Below, in pieces: positions 1-13,605 of a DNA stretch of 64,000 bases (the stretch's first letter is position 1; every line of letters begins with the position of its first letter). The notes beneath the pieces are model-generated. The model saw only the letters and a program-made list of their open reading frames with translations. It ran no database searches and had not been told where the DNA came from. The stretch is from Rotaria socialis (taxonomy: Eukaryota). The position numbers were made by a program, and so were the translations under genes. The DNA is taken from assembly GCA_905331295.1 (NCBI GenBank), contig CAJNYD010000223.1, positions 62,001 through 126,000 on the forward strand, read 5' to 3'.

Positions 1-2000
1 GAATTGCATATAAACTGCCAAAAACCAGGTTATCTAAAGGCAGAGCACGTTGCGAATCGTGATACAAAATAAAAATTTCACTCTATTACCGGCATGCAAC
101 CAGTCTTCATATCAAAAAAGTTATTGATATAAAGTAAATTGCGCCACCATGTTTGTCGACATGTTGACGTTTCACTACCATTCACCGGATAAACAGGACC
201 ACCTTGGCCAAAATATGATGAAAGATTAATATGGATCAGTAAAATTATAGCATAGAATACTGTATATCTAGAAAAAAAAACATTTTATTTATATATTTGA
301 AAAATTCAGATCGAGATTAATACCTTAGATAACGATAAACATAATGATTAAGAAGAAATTTCCCAATTGAAACTCTCTCATTTTCGACTTTCGTCATAAA
401 AAAAATGAATGTAGTGAGTAGACCGCTGAAAAAAATCAATAGAATTCAATTAAATATATTTTAAGCATTCGCAATTACCTTAAGACAAAAAATGAATCGA
501 CACTCAATACTCCTTGTACAATTATTTGAAACCAAAGTTGACGTGACCAATTGAAAATAGTTAGTACATTATCTAAATTAACATAATTATATTCTATACG
601 TTGTAGACAAATATTTTTGAAAATTTCTATGAGCGTGAGCTTAATTAAATGAACTCTATTTTTACTTACGAATAAATTATTTTCTAAGAATATAGATTCT
701 AGATTTTGATTTTAAGGAGTATTTAGAAAAAACTCACCCGAATAATAAGCCGCATAGAGAAATGTATGACCAATAATAATCCACCAAAGCGAAAGAACAC
801 GAATACCATTTAAACACGATAATATTTTAGGTTGATGTTCGCGATTTAATATTGAACAACTACTCATTAATGAACAACAGCTAACTAAATTTTGTGCCAC
901 TATTAATAATCAAAATACGATGTGAATATATATATATATATATTTCAAAAGAAACTAATTTACTTGAATCACCAGCTTGCTGAGGTCGAGCAATTAACGG
1001 TGTTGCTTCATTTTCTTGTTCATTGTCTGAACGTTGCGTTTGAGACGTACTAACCGCTGTTGTTGTTCGACTTAATATTGGTTCATAAGTCGTCGCAGGT
1101 GTTTCATCCATTTTCAAAACATGTCTATGTCTATATGCAATATGCATTCCAGTAGCCACAAGAATGAGAAACGCAATCACACTCAAAGTTACACTAAAAT
1201 TAAAACAAAATCAATGATTAGGAAATCCATGACCCAGAAATGTTACATTGTTAAAATTGCTTTTGTATCATAGGAACGTTGATCAAGGCAATGCATACTA
1301 CCATTTTTTAAATTAATGAAGTTTTTAATAAATGGAATTTGAATAGCACCTGAAAAAAGTTTTTATGGCATAACGAAGAGAAAAAATGAAAGTTTTTCAA
1401 TAGGATATTCACATACGTTGATTAATGTAATTGATTAGTTCGTTTTCATTACAACTTTGAGGTACACAAATGCCATAGATAGGTCGAACAGTAATTGATT
1501 GAGTACTGCTAATAATACACGTACGTGTTCGAATTGGTTGTTCAACAACGGTATTATTTAAACCACGGAGATGATGTTCACATTCATATGTTGAACCTAT
1601 CCAAAAGATGTTGCCTTGCATGATTCCGCTAGGAACTTTTCCCCAAGCATCCAATGCTAAAAATCAAACGAAAGAGAAATTAATTTTATTTTTCTCGAAA
1701 ATTAAAGACAAATAACGAGTTACTTTTCAATGCCCAAGTTTGTTTAGTAACGAGATCTCTAGTTAATAATGCGATATCTCGACTACAATTCGATTCATTA
1801 GAGTTGAGTTTAAGATCGAGTTTTATCCATGGCAATGTTTGATTGAATTCCATATTGAAATCAAGAAAATTTTCTTGAACAAATCGAGCATTCGCAATAA
1901 TTTTCGGAATAAGATTAATAGACGATAATGATTCAGCTTTAATCCCAAATTTAATCATGAATAGAAGAAAAATAGTAAATGAATACATATGAAACTTCAT
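1..2000 (-). CDS. Nose-resistant-to-fluoxetine-6-like (NRF domain + acyltransferase-3) membrane protein; multi-exon, 3' end runs off the window
   Basis: Signal peptide MKFHMYSFTIFLLFMIKFGIKA. NRF-domain motif DAWGKVPSGIMQGNIFWIGSTYEC and GICVPQSC. Acyltransferase-3 motif CLNGIRVLSLWWIIIGH. Downstream exons read VDSFFVL and WWRNLLYINNF. Exons are separated by short GT-AG introns. Confidence 0.9.
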
Positions 2001-2819
2001 TTTAGTTTATCTACAAATAGGATCAAATGAATCCTCTTAAAATAATACATAAAACTGACGCCTAATTTGTTTTCCGTAAATTTTCTATTCAACGTAGAAA
2101 TCATAGTGAGTTATTTTTATCTTTGTTTATTAAAAAAATAATCGTTCTTTTTCTTTCATCAGATTTTCGGCGTATTAAAACGTCCACATAATTTTTACTG
2201 TTAAATAATTAAGTAGATTTGAAGTGGTTGTGTCAATATATGTAATTACATAAATAATAAGACATTATAGAATAGGCTTGCAGATTTAAGTTTAAAGAAA
2301 TGTGTCTATTGTTTATCTAAATATGAATATTTTCGTTTATAGAAAAGTATCGTATCGAAATATGAGACTTTATTTGCTCTTGTCTTAATCCTATTTAAGA
2401 TACATGATTTCGTGCTTCTTTTCATTTTGATGATCGACTACTAAACGAATACGGCGAGAACGACCGATAGCTGGTTGGCAAGCTGTAGCAGTATTTTATT
2501 CTATCTTCATGACATAGACATATTAGTCCGAACAAGAATTTCGAAGTAATGTTGAATTTCTTTTCTAATACTAACATGCAAAATACAGTGTTAACAATTA
2601 GATTACATTTAAATTTCAGAGCAATCGAAAAAGACACTACCATTTGTCACTAATTGCTTAATAGAGACTTGGTCTTTCTAGATTTTCATATATCTTATTG
2701 AGTTTTTTGAAAGACCTATAAATTTCTTCTACATGCATTGGCGAAAATCTCATAGACAGACACAGACTATTCGTCGTTCGCCTTAATTCTAATCAGATTT
2801 TTATTCTAGATCAATATTT

Positions 2820-3815
2820 ATGTTTCATCTTTGTGAAATTTGTCGTCGTTTTGCTAATCGACAAATAAATGTATCAAGTGTCCGTTTTATTATATATTTC
2901 TTATTGTTCTCAGTATTGATGTATTATCATTTTTCAATCTCGTTAACAAAAAGTCATAGTAAAATTGAATCGTCTTCTACTCGAATTATGTATGTAGTTC
3001 GAACAAGTTCAAAATTTTATCGATCTCGTTTACAGCACGTACTGCAAACTTGGATATCATTGGCTAGTCAACATACTTATTTTGTTACGGATAAACTTCT
3101 ACCAAGTGTATCTCATGATCATCTTATTCTAACAGATAAAATATGCGGTCAAGAGAGACATGCAATGAATACTTTATGCTGTAAAACAGCACATGATTTT
3201 AAACTTTTTCATCGTCATCTTACAAACTATGATTGGTTTTGTCATTTCGACGATGATCAATATGTGAATAGTAGAAGACTAGAAGAATATTTATCTACAT
3301 TAGATTCTAATAGACCTTATTATATTGGACGTAATTCATGGGCGAAGACACTTGATCGACGAAAACAGCCATTTCCGTATTCATTTTGGTTTGCTACTTT
3401 AGGTGCCGGCGTCTGTTTATCGAAACCATTAGTTCATCTTCTTCAACCTTACACTCAGAATATTGCGCAATTCGTTGATGGTTGTTTAAAAGAAAATTAT
3501 CATGACGATATCTATTTGGGCTTCCTTATATTTGGTTATCTCAACATAACATTAACAAAAAACTATCGATTTCATTCTCATTTAGAAAAAGATTTTTATA
3601 ATGACAAACAAAAATTTCTTGAAATATTTAATGAACAAATAACATTTGGCTTTCGTCTACCTAATTACTGTCCAGTCTTTCTTCCAAATCTGTATGATTC
3701 TCGATCGGATCGCTATCGTCTGCGTTCAATGCATTGTCTACTGAATCCTCATATCGATGAATGTCAAATGAGAATGCATAAGCTTGTGCTTAATGTGACT
3801 AAATCATTTCGATAA
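2820..3815 (+). CDS. Fringe-like (GT31) beta-1,3-N-acetylglucosaminyltransferase, type II membrane, intronless
   Basis: 331-aa ORF with N-terminal TM anchor and fringe motifs LCCKTAHDF, WFCHFDDDQYVN (DxD), YIGR, FWFATLGAGVCLS, HDDIYLG, FHSHLE. Confidence 0.88.
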   Translation: MFHLCEICRRFANRQINVSSVRFIIYFLLFSVLMYYHFSISLTKSHSKIESSSTRIMYVVRTSSKFYRSRLQHVLQTWISLASQHTYFVTDKLLPSVSHDHLILTDKICGQERHAMNTLCCKTAHDFKLFHRHLTNYDWFCHFDDDQYVNSRRLEEYLSTLDSNRPYYIGRNSWAKTLDRRKQPFPYSFWFATLGAGVCLSKPLVHLLQPYTQNIAQFVDGCLKENYHDDIYLGFLIFGYLNITLTKNYRFHSHLEKDFYNDKQKFLEIFNEQITFGFRLPNYCPVFLPNLYDSRSDRYRLRSMHCLLNPHIDECQMRMHKLVLNVTKSFR

Positions 3816-3891
3816 CAAGAAATGAACGTGATATTTTACTTCTATTGGTGCTTATCTTCTTATTAAGCGTCAACTGTTTTTGTTTTTTTGT

Positions 3892-4883
3892 GGTTTACCC
3901 CACATTCGTCCCATAATTCGTCCCACGAAATTAGTCCCATCTTTTTTTACCCTAATTCGTCCCAGTTAAAAATTATTTGATTCTTAACTCGTCCCATGTG
4001 ACAACATTAATACTAATTGTTCCATTCTACAAGAGGCTTTACTTATCAATTAAAACTAAATTGAAGATCGTAACAGAGTTCATCTATGTATAATATAATC
4101 ACGCAATAGAATAGAAAATGGCCTGGAAACGATCGGAAATTCTAATATGTACTACTAGAACACTCTTAATGGTGACATCTCACTATTATTTTTGATAAAT
4201 TGGTGGATCAAGCTACGCGATACATAAAATCAAAGACAAAAGGATATGATAATTTTTATACATAACTTGATCTCGTTTTTGTGATATGCTTCGATTTACA
4301 ACTAGTGAACGAAATCAGCAAGTACTAAATTATTTGTATTTTCAATATACTGTGAAGCGAAAGGTGTGGGTGTGTTTATCTCTTCTCTATTTTCTTATTG
4401 GATGATAATTAATAAAATATAGCCAGACTTTCTCTCATGTTTAGAGGTGGACCGTTGATTTTAATTTGAGTTAATAAAGAGAGTTAATTAAGTGGTTTTA
4501 CTTAACACTTAATATTAAGAAAAAAACGTTTACATTAGCGACTTAATTACTTAATATTAAGTGTTAACTCAATACTTAATATTAAGTAATTAAGTGGGCA
4601 ATCTACACATTTTTTTCTTAATATTAAGTATTGCGTTAACGCTTAATATTAAGTGATTAAGTCGCTAATGTAAACGTTTTCTTCTTAATATTAAGTGTTA
4701 AGTTAAAACTTAACACTTAATATTAAATTAACGTAAAGTGCCACCCCTACTCATGTTAATTGATACTCTCATATAGAATGGGACGAGTTAAGAATCAAAT
4801 AATTTTTAACTGGGACGAATTAGGGTAAAAGAAGATGGGACTAATTTCGTGGGACGAATTATGGGACGAATGTGGGGGATACC
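3892..4883. mobile_element. Non-autonomous Mutator-like (MULE) MITE
   Basis: ~105-bp near-perfect terminal inverted repeats (3892-3996 / 4779-4883) made of (A)ATTCGTCCCA units and starting GG. 9-bp target-site duplication TTTTTTTGT at 3883-3891 and 4884-4892. No ORF. Confidence 0.88.
4442..4749. mobile_element. hAT-type MITE nested inside the MULE MITE
   Basis: Termini TAGAGGTGG / CCACCCCTA. 8-bp TSD CTCATGTT at 4434-4441 and 4750-4757. Internal ~90-bp inverted repeat rich in the palindrome CTTAATATTAAG. Confidence 0.85.
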
Positions 4884-5530
4884 TTTTTTTGTAAATATGG
4901 ATGCAAAAATAATTTCTATTATTTATTCATCAAGCAACAGAACATTTTCTTTTCTATTCGTGTAAGACACGCGTATGCATAGCCGTCAAGTTACAACATA
5001 CGAAGGCACCCCGTTACTGTTGTTGCTGACTCGACAAGTGTTTAACTGAAATGATTTCAACTCGGCTAACTCTGTCGGTTCTATTTGAATTTCAAAATAT
5101 AATATCATCGATTGCTCGAAAGAAAGAGAAAAGCAAATTATTTACGAACTATTGGTTGTTTTTCTAGTGCAAACGATTTTACCAAATACAGGCTTATGGG
5201 TATTGTTCTGTTTCGAATTCAACGGACATTGATAAATGAATAATATATATATGTGTGTGTGTGTGAATATGTTATGATTTCTTTTCTAAAAAAAGAAATA
5301 GACGAATATGAAAAACAGATACATATATTTCTTATCGTATGAAAATATTGATGAAAAACAAAATGAACACATAAGTGTAGGTATAGCTGATATAATGATA
5401 CTGGTTATGAAAATGAGAAAACAAAAACAAATATGCTTGGATTTATTTATTTTCTTGATAAACAAATCACTAGTCGTAATGGTAGATAGCTAAGCCTAAC
5501 GATTGACTATATCATGATTGTGTGAGAAAA

Positions 5531-7064
5531 TCAAGATGAATCTTTAATGCGTTTGCAGATTTCCGATGTATACTCCGAACATTTGGATTTGCCACCTAAA
5601 TCACCAGTCAGTACCTAAACAAAAATAGATCCTCATAATTTAATATGATCAACAAGAGATTATTACAAACCTTTCCATTTTTTATCGTTTCAAAACAAGC
5701 TTTTTCGATGCGTTCGGCTTTATCATACATTTGTAAATGTTTTAACATCATAACTGCACTAAGAAGTAATGCTGTCGGATTAGCTTTATCTTGTCCAGCA
5801 ATGTCGGGTGCAGTGCCGTGAACAGCTTCAAAAATAGCTGCGCCATTTTCACCAATATTACCACTTGGTGTTAAACCTAAACCGCCAATAAGACCAGCAC
5901 ACAGATCACTAAGAATATCACCATATAAATTTGGCATAACGAGACAATCGAATTGCGTTGGGTCTTGAACCATCTAGTTTTTTGTTTTCATAGAATTAAT
6001 TATGTAAGAAAATAATAATTTTCTCGAATAACTAACCTTGAGACAAACAGTATCAAGATACATTTCTTCAAATTTAATTTCTGGATATTTCTCAGCGACT
6101 TCACGTGCACATTTTAAAAATAAACCATCAGAAAGACGCCTAATGTTATCAAAAAGTACAGATAAAAATAGCTGAGTGTAAATTATGATTCTTCTTACAT
6201 GATATTCGCTTTATGAACGGCTGTGACTTTTTCTCGTTTATGTTGTTTAGCATAGAGAAATGCATATTCACAGACACGTAATGATGCATGTTCAGTAATA
6301 AGTTTTATACTTTGTACAACACCTGGTACAATTGTATGTTCGATACCCGAATATTCACCTTCCGTGTTTTCACGTATTGTAACAAGATCAACGTTTGTAT
6401 ATGGTGTTTGATAACCTAAAAGATACACAAAATTTTGTTTTAAATTATAGGTACTTGAGTATGTCCTACCTTCAATAGTTTTACATGGTCTTACATTAGC
6501 AAATAGATTGAATTGTTTGCGTAAAGCAAGATTAAGAGATTGATGCCCTTTACCAACCGCTAGAAGAAAGAATATATATTAGATGCATTTGCTTAAGAAA
6601 ATCATTCTCTTACGTGTTGCTAATGGTCCTTTGAGACCAATGCGATTCTTTGTCACGGAGTCGATAGCTCGAGGAGGAATACGAAATTTTCCATCAGGCT
6701 AATCAAAAACAAAGATGAGAACACGGTCTATCAAAAGACTTTTTGTCTTACTGATTTGACAGGTGTTACATCAACCGATTCCCAATTGATTGGTACATCT
6801 GCAGCATCAAAGATTTTTTGAACACTATTTGAAATTTCAGGACCAATGCCGTCACCTTCAATGATACTAAAAAGTTATTTTGAATGTCAAAAATAGAAAT
6901 GATTTACCTGGAATAAGAGTTACTGTTCGCGGAGAATCGACTGAGCCAATCGTACTACTTGTTTCATCAAGAAGTGGTGATGAAGTAGCAAAAGAACGTC
7001 GATTATAAATCGATGATGTTGAACGACATGTAATGGCAAGCCGGCGAAATATGGCAAATGACAT
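5531..7064 (-). CDS. IDH3A: Mitochondrial NAD-dependent isocitrate dehydrogenase subunit alpha, multi-exon
   Basis: Mitochondrial-type leader MSFAIFRRL. Motifs [78 protein letters not shown]. Last exon [21 protein letters not shown] ends at TGA (5531-5533). Confidence 0.96.
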
Positions 7065-8365
7065 ACTATTTCCTACAATCACACATGCACACGAAACAAT
7101 CTACAGTATAGCAGTGAAAGTAAACCTTATGGCAAATTCGAATCAATAGTCATAAAAAACAACAACAACAAAACATCGCTACATTACATTACATACCAAT
7201 GCTAGAGTATTGCAGGAAGACAAAGAGCCAATCAAATGTCTCGACGTTAGATGTCTGTAGCGGTTGTCGAAAGCATTTCGTCTGATTTATCAAAGTCGAT
7301 CAGAGCAATGAATGACAACATACAACAGTAGAGTAGTAACTATATTATTTTAGCGGAAAAGTAACAAAAGAGCTTGGCAATTTACAAAATATAATTGTTA
7401 AGATAAAAAAATTAAATAAAGAATAAGCAAAACTTGTTATATCTTTAGACATGTTACAATCAATCGAAGTGTAAAAAGGAGTATGTTAAACAACTAACTA
7501 AAATCTACATTAAAAATCATAAAGATCGATTAGCATTGTAACTAGGTAGATCATGTTTTTTTGGAAATATGTACAGCGTAGAACGGAAAATTTCACAAAG
7601 TAGCATATGATAAGATTGATAGAAATTAGCATCTATAAATTAATGCACATATATTCTAAGACACTTTTCATTTTACTTTGTTTCCCTTTGTATTTAAAGA
7701 ATAAATAGATGCGTATTGTTGCATGTTGTTAGAAAAATGACATGCAAAAACGATATTATTTTGTTCAGCAACAAATCTTATATTTCAGTATGATGAAAAA
7801 TTGAATTTAAATATATTTTTATAGAATTAATCTTACATTTTGCTTATACACTGTAAAAAGAACAGATATATACGTATATGATGGGGTTCCTCTTTAGAAA
7901 ATCAAGGTATTCATATGAAAAGCAGGGAATGCTCTTGAATTTTAAATGTAGGATCCTGCTGGCTACTTGTAGCACCTTCAGATGGTATATTTGAGAGTTC
8001 AATTAGTAACTATAACAGCCTAATTAATATTTGTAGTAGCTTAACTCAAGTGTAATTCTAAGTCTGATGATTTGTTCTATATAAATTCATCCATATCCTC
8101 AAGATTTTTTTAGTACGTAATCTTCAAAAATCTGATTTTGTTGTGTTTGATCACCTCTCACTTATTTTTGCCTTCTCTTCAACTAGCTTGTTTCCAGCTT
8201 CAGTCTTTCGTCCGTATATAGTGTACAATTACAGCAGAATTGAAAATATTCCATTTATTAGAAGAAATATTTTGCAGAAAAAGTCAACATTAAATGAAAG
8301 AGAACGAATGTGGAATAAACTTTATTTATTTTAGCCAAACCAAAACCTCGATTAGAATTTGCCTT

Positions 8366-10326
8366 TTATACGATCAATATTTTTTTTAACTGTAAGACAT
8401 TCTCATCCGTTGAAGGAAGAAATTTCTGCCAGATGCTAAGTACTCGTTCAAAATACGAAAGTGCTTTAGAATACTCTTGCATCTTCGCATATATCATATC
8501 CATGTTATGATATGACGCAGCCAAGTCTGGATGGCTGAGAGATAAAGTTTTTTCTCTGATCCCGAGCGTTCGTTGAAAAGCTGAAAGTGCTTGGGTGTAG
8601 TCCAGAATCTTGCTATATGCCGTACCAATTTTTCTATAGGAAGCGGCTAAGTCAGGATGATTTGGCGGAAGCGATTGTTTCCTAACCTGAAGTAGTATTT
8701 CGTAAGATGCAAGCATTTTCTTGTTTTCGTTCATTTTACCATATAGTGCACCGATGTTGCTGTAGGAAGCAGCCAAATTGAGATGATTAGGAGAGTGATT
8801 ATGGCTAAGGATTCTTGAGGATTTTTCATAAGATGAAAGTGCTTTCGGATAATTTTCCATGATCTCAAACATACAACCAAGTTGATCGCAGTAATTCTCT
8901 TTGTCTGTTGCAGATGATGTGTTTTTTAGCACGTATTCATAAAGTGTTTCTAATTTTTCAAATTTTCTCAATTTGATAAATATACGAGCTAGTCTAGACC
9001 ATCCAATTGCCAGAGAGTTGAGTTCCTTTTGCATTTGTACTGTGTATGTGCGTAAGTCATTATCGTTATTACCAACGAAAGTGAGATAGACTTCCCATAG
9101 CGTATTAGTATGATCATCAGTGATGCGTTCGATTTTGTCGATACGAAAGATGGTATGTGTCGAAAAAAGAATTTCATCTCCTTGATACTTTTCTTGGGAA
9201 TCGCTTTTAATATCAGCAAAAGAAGTCGATGTAGATGCACAGAGTGTTGGATCAATAGTCATGACAAATAACACGCCAACTGAACCTTGATTAAGCGCTG
9301 CTGATGGACTTGTAATTTTTTTCAAAGAAAGATCCCGATTTCGACTTGTTGAAAGGAAATTATTAAAAGACATCAATCGGCCTTTTGCTTGCTTCAATGT
9401 TTCAAAGTGTTTTTCCAATAAACCTTGCCCTCTATATAATTTGAACGGCGTCTTTATTGCTGTCGATTGTTGTTTATGATATAGTTGTTCGATCGCTCGA
9501 TGAAGACGTCGAATGAAAAATCCCATATTCAAAAGAATATCGACATCAAGTACCTGAAGACCTCAATTGAGCATCGAGGCGATAAAACTTGGCGTCGTGT
9601 ACCATGAAATAGATGTATCACGACGATATTGACGTTTGAAATGTTCAATTTCGCTATGATCTATATTATTCCCGAGACGACAGTAGTCAACAAATTCTTT
9701 TATGGATTTATTGTCTTCGTCATCGTCGTCATCAATCTCAAAAAGAACTTCTCTTAACAACGATGTGTACATAAAAATATCATTGATACCTTGAAAACTG
9801 ATCGAGATCAAAACTCGATCGCATCGTTCGCAATCGATTTGTAATACATTACAGTTTGAGGAAATGCTTGTATGAACACCCTTTATCTTCATCAATTTTT
9901 CGTCCACTCTTCATGTGCCGATTTATTGCCACAAAAAATATCAATGGATTCCAATTGTGGCCATTCGTGAATTTTTGGTACAATACGCTTTCCCAATGAA
10001 CCAGAAACAATCGTAGATACCTTTTCTTAGTTCATTTTACTAAGGAATCTAGTACATTCTTCAGCATCTGCAAATAAGCGGATTGGCACCATGATAGAGC
10101 TTAGTTGTCCTAAGGAATGTTTATAGTCTTCGTTCGACTCATCGATATTAGCATCGAGCCAAACAAGATGAAAATTTTGAAGAATTCTACGACCATGATG
10201 AGACAGCACAACAGTGTTATTGCTGGTGGTGGATGCTCCAAATCTGCTAGTAATAGACGGTGGCGTGGATTTATTAGTAGTGGACGAAGAGGAACGACCA
10301 GCTGAGGATGTTGTCAGTATGCTCAT
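8366..10326 (-). pseudogene. Disrupted mono-ADP-ribosyltransferase + TPR-repeat gene (family expanded in bdelloids)
   Basis: One continuous architecture: LVWLDANID N-terminal domain, ART motifs LYRGQG / FLSTS / DEILF, then kinesin-light-chain-like TPRs (HPDLAASY). Broken by in-frame TAA at 10027, a 1-nt frameshift near 9895 (EEWTKN / MKIKGV) and in-frame TGA at 9563 (MLN*GLQVLDVDIL). Confidence 0.82.
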
Positions 10327-11600
10327 GATGACTGATGAAAGAATGGATTCAATGAAAATGAATCTCTCTTTGTGTATAAAAATGCTAATGTGTTCTTTTC
10401 TCTTTGTTTTCGTTGGTTGTCATAACATCCGGAGTATTTTTCATTGCATTAAGAAATTTTTATTTTTCTTTCGTTTCCAAGTTGTTATAAGAAGTGACGA
10501 CAATGTCTCTGCACCACAGGCGAAAAAAAATAAGAATAGAAAAAAAAGTAACTATAATACATGAATGCTGTCCTTATGTCTGTTTTTGTTTATTCAGCTT
10601 TCTTCCAACATATTCGTAAGTATGCGCCTGCAACAGCCCATTACTTGAAAAGAATGTGAAGTAGACTAATTATGGGCAATGTGTGCTTTGTTTGTTTATC
10701 GGATTAAAACCGTAAGGTTCAAAATTAAGATGCACTTAAAATAAAGATATTTTAAGGACTCTCAGTGCATGAAATAATTAGTATAAACAAATCATAATTA
10801 TACATATGTAAGCATACTTGTAAAAGTGCGAATAGCTGGTACATTTTTTTTAATATCGTTGTTTTAGGCGACGTGTGTTAGTGAAAATGCATTTTTTGTT
10901 TATTTTTACAACCACACACGTATTCGAACTACTCTCTTTGAATTTCATAAGCTTGTGATCTGCTGTTTAAAGAAAAAAACTATTTTTCACCGTTTATTTG
11001 CAATTTAAGAATGCTTCAATTCAGAATTTCTTTATCAAAATTACACATACCTGGATCATCTTAACCAGTCAACCGATCAGTTCTAATAGAAAAATAGACT
11101 AATGAAATCGAAGGTAGCATGATATATACGTATCACTCATCTATAGCATATTTTGCTCGTTAATATAATCAATAGAGTCTAATTCATTTGAATCGGATGA
11201 CAAAACTATGATCTAAAACCGTTTGCTTATCGTTGCTTTATTGTGTCGATGAGTGACGTTTTGATATAAAAAGATAAGATATTGTGTCACACTTTTCTTC
11301 ATGTACCATTATCAGAGCATTTTATTTATATGGCAAGTGCGACTAATAGATCTCGTAAGCGTATCAAACTATCAAATAACTCACTTGAACAAGAATCAGT
11401 CCCGGTTGAGAACACGGTCAATAAAATTTCATCAAGTAAGTAAAGACCCACAGATCATCGTAATACATCTACTTAGACTTAAATATTTCCCTATAATCAA
11501 CCAAAATCTTACACTCTTAACAGAGCTTTTATGTGAACCGACAGCAATAATAGATGTAATAACATATGAAAAATTATTGATAGATACTGCTTTTTTGAAG

Positions 11601-12526
11601 GATCGCCATGCTTACCAAATATTGATGTGGAGGCAAAGTGGTCGCCAAATGGTATAACTGTAGCAGGAGGCAATGGCCCTGGAAAGGCCATCAATCAATT
11701 ACATCATCCATGGGATCTGGACGTAGATGATGATCAAGCTATTTATGTAGCTGAATATTCAAATCATCGCATTATGAAATGGACGTGTGGTGCCGTGCAA
11801 GGAGAAGTCGTCGCTGGTGACAATAGACAAGGAAATCGAAATAATCAATTGAATGGCCCAGCAAACGTAATTGTCGATAAATATAATGATGCTATTTTCA
11901 TTTGCGAGCAAGGAAATAGGCGCGTCGTTCGATGGCCACTTCATAATGGCAAACAGGGAGAAACAATTATTTCAGATATTAATTGTTGGGGTTTAGCCGT
12001 CGATCGTGATGGATATCTTTACGCTTCTGATTATAAAACGCATGAGGTAAAGCGGTGGCATTCAGGGGAAACTTTAACTACCGTGATAGCGGGTGGTAAT
12101 GGAAAGGGTAATCGTCTCGATCAATTTAATTTTCCTGCTCATTTATTTGTCGATCTGGATTATTCACTGTACGTATCAGATATCGGCAATCATCGTTTGA
12201 TGAAATGGACACAAGGTGCCAAAGAAGGTATTGTTATCGCCGGTAATGGAAGTGAAGGAACAAATCTAACACAATTATCCTATCCTGCTGGAATAGCTGT
12301 TGACAGTTCAGGTACTGTCTATGTTGTAGATTCACATAATCATCGGATAATGCGTTGGTTACAAGGAGCAAAAGAAGGTAGTGTCGTTATTGGTGACTAT
12401 GGGCAAGGAGCAGAAACAAATCAATTGAATGGTCCTCTGGGCTTGTCATTTGATCGGCAAGGTCATATTTATGTAGTTGATAATCTTAATCACAGAATAC
12501 AAAAATTTCATATAGAATCAACTTGA
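11601..12526 (+). CDS. NHL-repeat beta-propeller protein (main exon; probable small upstream exon)
   Basis: Six repeats of the VAGGNG.G....QL..P.G..VD....YV.D..NHRI type. Acceptor TTTTTTGAAG ends at 11600 and opens the frame SPCLPNIDVEAKW. Confidence 0.9.
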
Positions 12527-12849
12527 ATTTTTGCAACCCATCTACGATGTTGTTTCATTTTCTTTTGAATGTGTTCTTTTTACTAAAGTAATCATCGTGT
12601 CTAAAAAATTCAGAAAAAAAACCTTGAAATCCGTTCTATGTTATTGATTCTTCTGAAAATAGTTCATTTCATGTGCAATTCGAAGATTTTGAAGAAAAAT
12701 AAAAGTTGCTCGACAGAATAATATGTGATTACTGTTTTTTCATGAGTGACACATGGACCAGTGATTAGAAATGTCATCTGAATTAATATTAAAACAATAA
12801 AGAACAAAAAGATAAAATTAGTCCCATTGATTGGTAACAATTTGATGTA

Positions 12850-13605
12850 TCATGGTGATGTAATTTCTACCATTTTAATAATATAAAATTCATCGCCTGT
12901 ATTCAGAGAAGAATGGACTTGAAACTGTGTACCAGGTAATAGTAGAATTTCATCGTCAGTACAGTTGAATGAATGTTTACTAATATCTTTGCCTGAGCTA
13001 CATTCGATACTAAACAAAGTTCTTGTACCGGTATTGATAAAACCATGTTCATCGTCAAGCGTTTTAAATTTCTCTGTGCAACTCATGAATTTCGATAGAA
13101 CAAACACAAACTCGGCAGGATATTGCGCTAGCATATTTGCATTAACTCCTCGATGAACAGTACAACGTTTAGAGTTGATTTTTGACAATCCATCGAAAAG
13201 AAGTTTCAAATATAGAAACCACGGTTTCAGTTGTTGTTCACTGTTTGATCGCAATGCTTCATTCAGAAAGTAACGAAATGAATTTTCTCTTGCCAATGAG
13301 TTCATATTGAGAAGCATAATAGAAGCTGATTGGTCAGATGTAAGGTTATCGCCAGGTTTTCTACAATTCATCTTTGCTGTACAAACCATATCTTTAATAT
13401 CAGGAATAATATTTTGAAGTGTCAGAGTAGCATCTTCAAGAGAAACTAATGGCATATTTCTATAGCCTTGTAGTAGAGATATTGATTCTGCAGTTGTAGC
13501 ATCAAACATGGAAGACTGACTCATTGTGATGATTGGTTCAGGAGTTCGATCTGAAAATAATATCCATCGCAAAATTATTTCAGAAAAAATATTGTCCAAA
13601 AACAT
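12850..13605 (-). CDS. NAD(P)+-arginine ADP-ribosyltransferase domain protein
   Basis: PLVSLEDA, LTSDQSASI, LNEALRS, LKPWFLYLKL, and R-S-E motifs VHRGV / FMSCT / DDEILLLPG. The 5' end is uncertain: there is an acceptor near 13551 and an in-frame ATG near 13524. Confidence 0.85.
   Translation of the reverse strand: MFLDNIFSEIILRWILFSDRTPEPIITMSQSSMFDATTAESISLLQGYRNMPLVSLEDATLTLQNIIPDIKDMVCTAKMNCRKPGDNLTSDQSASIMLLNMNSLARENSFRYFLNEALRSNSEQQLKPWFLYLKLLFDGLSKINSKRCTVHRGVNANMLAQYPAEFVFVLSKFMSCTEKFKTLDDEHGFINTGTRTLFSIECSSGKDISKHSFNCTDDEILLLPGTQFQVHSSLNTGDEFYIIKMVEITSP

Noticed and set aside
4497..4730. CRISPR-like array of CTTAATATTAAG palindromes
   Set aside because: Irregular spacing, no unique spacers, eukaryotic context. 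It is the internal foldback of a TSD-flanked MITE.
8064..8075. Other CTGATGA occurrences (e.g. ~8064, ~31802) as further hammerheads
   Set aside because: No stem II followed by GAAA and no closing stem I could be formed.
10117..10564. Antisense and overlapping short ORFs here and throughout the ORF track (e.g. 8989, 11509, 12965, 25155, 49302, 52889, 63406-63806)
   Set aside because: Shadow frames of real genes or of palindromic MITEs, with no motifs.
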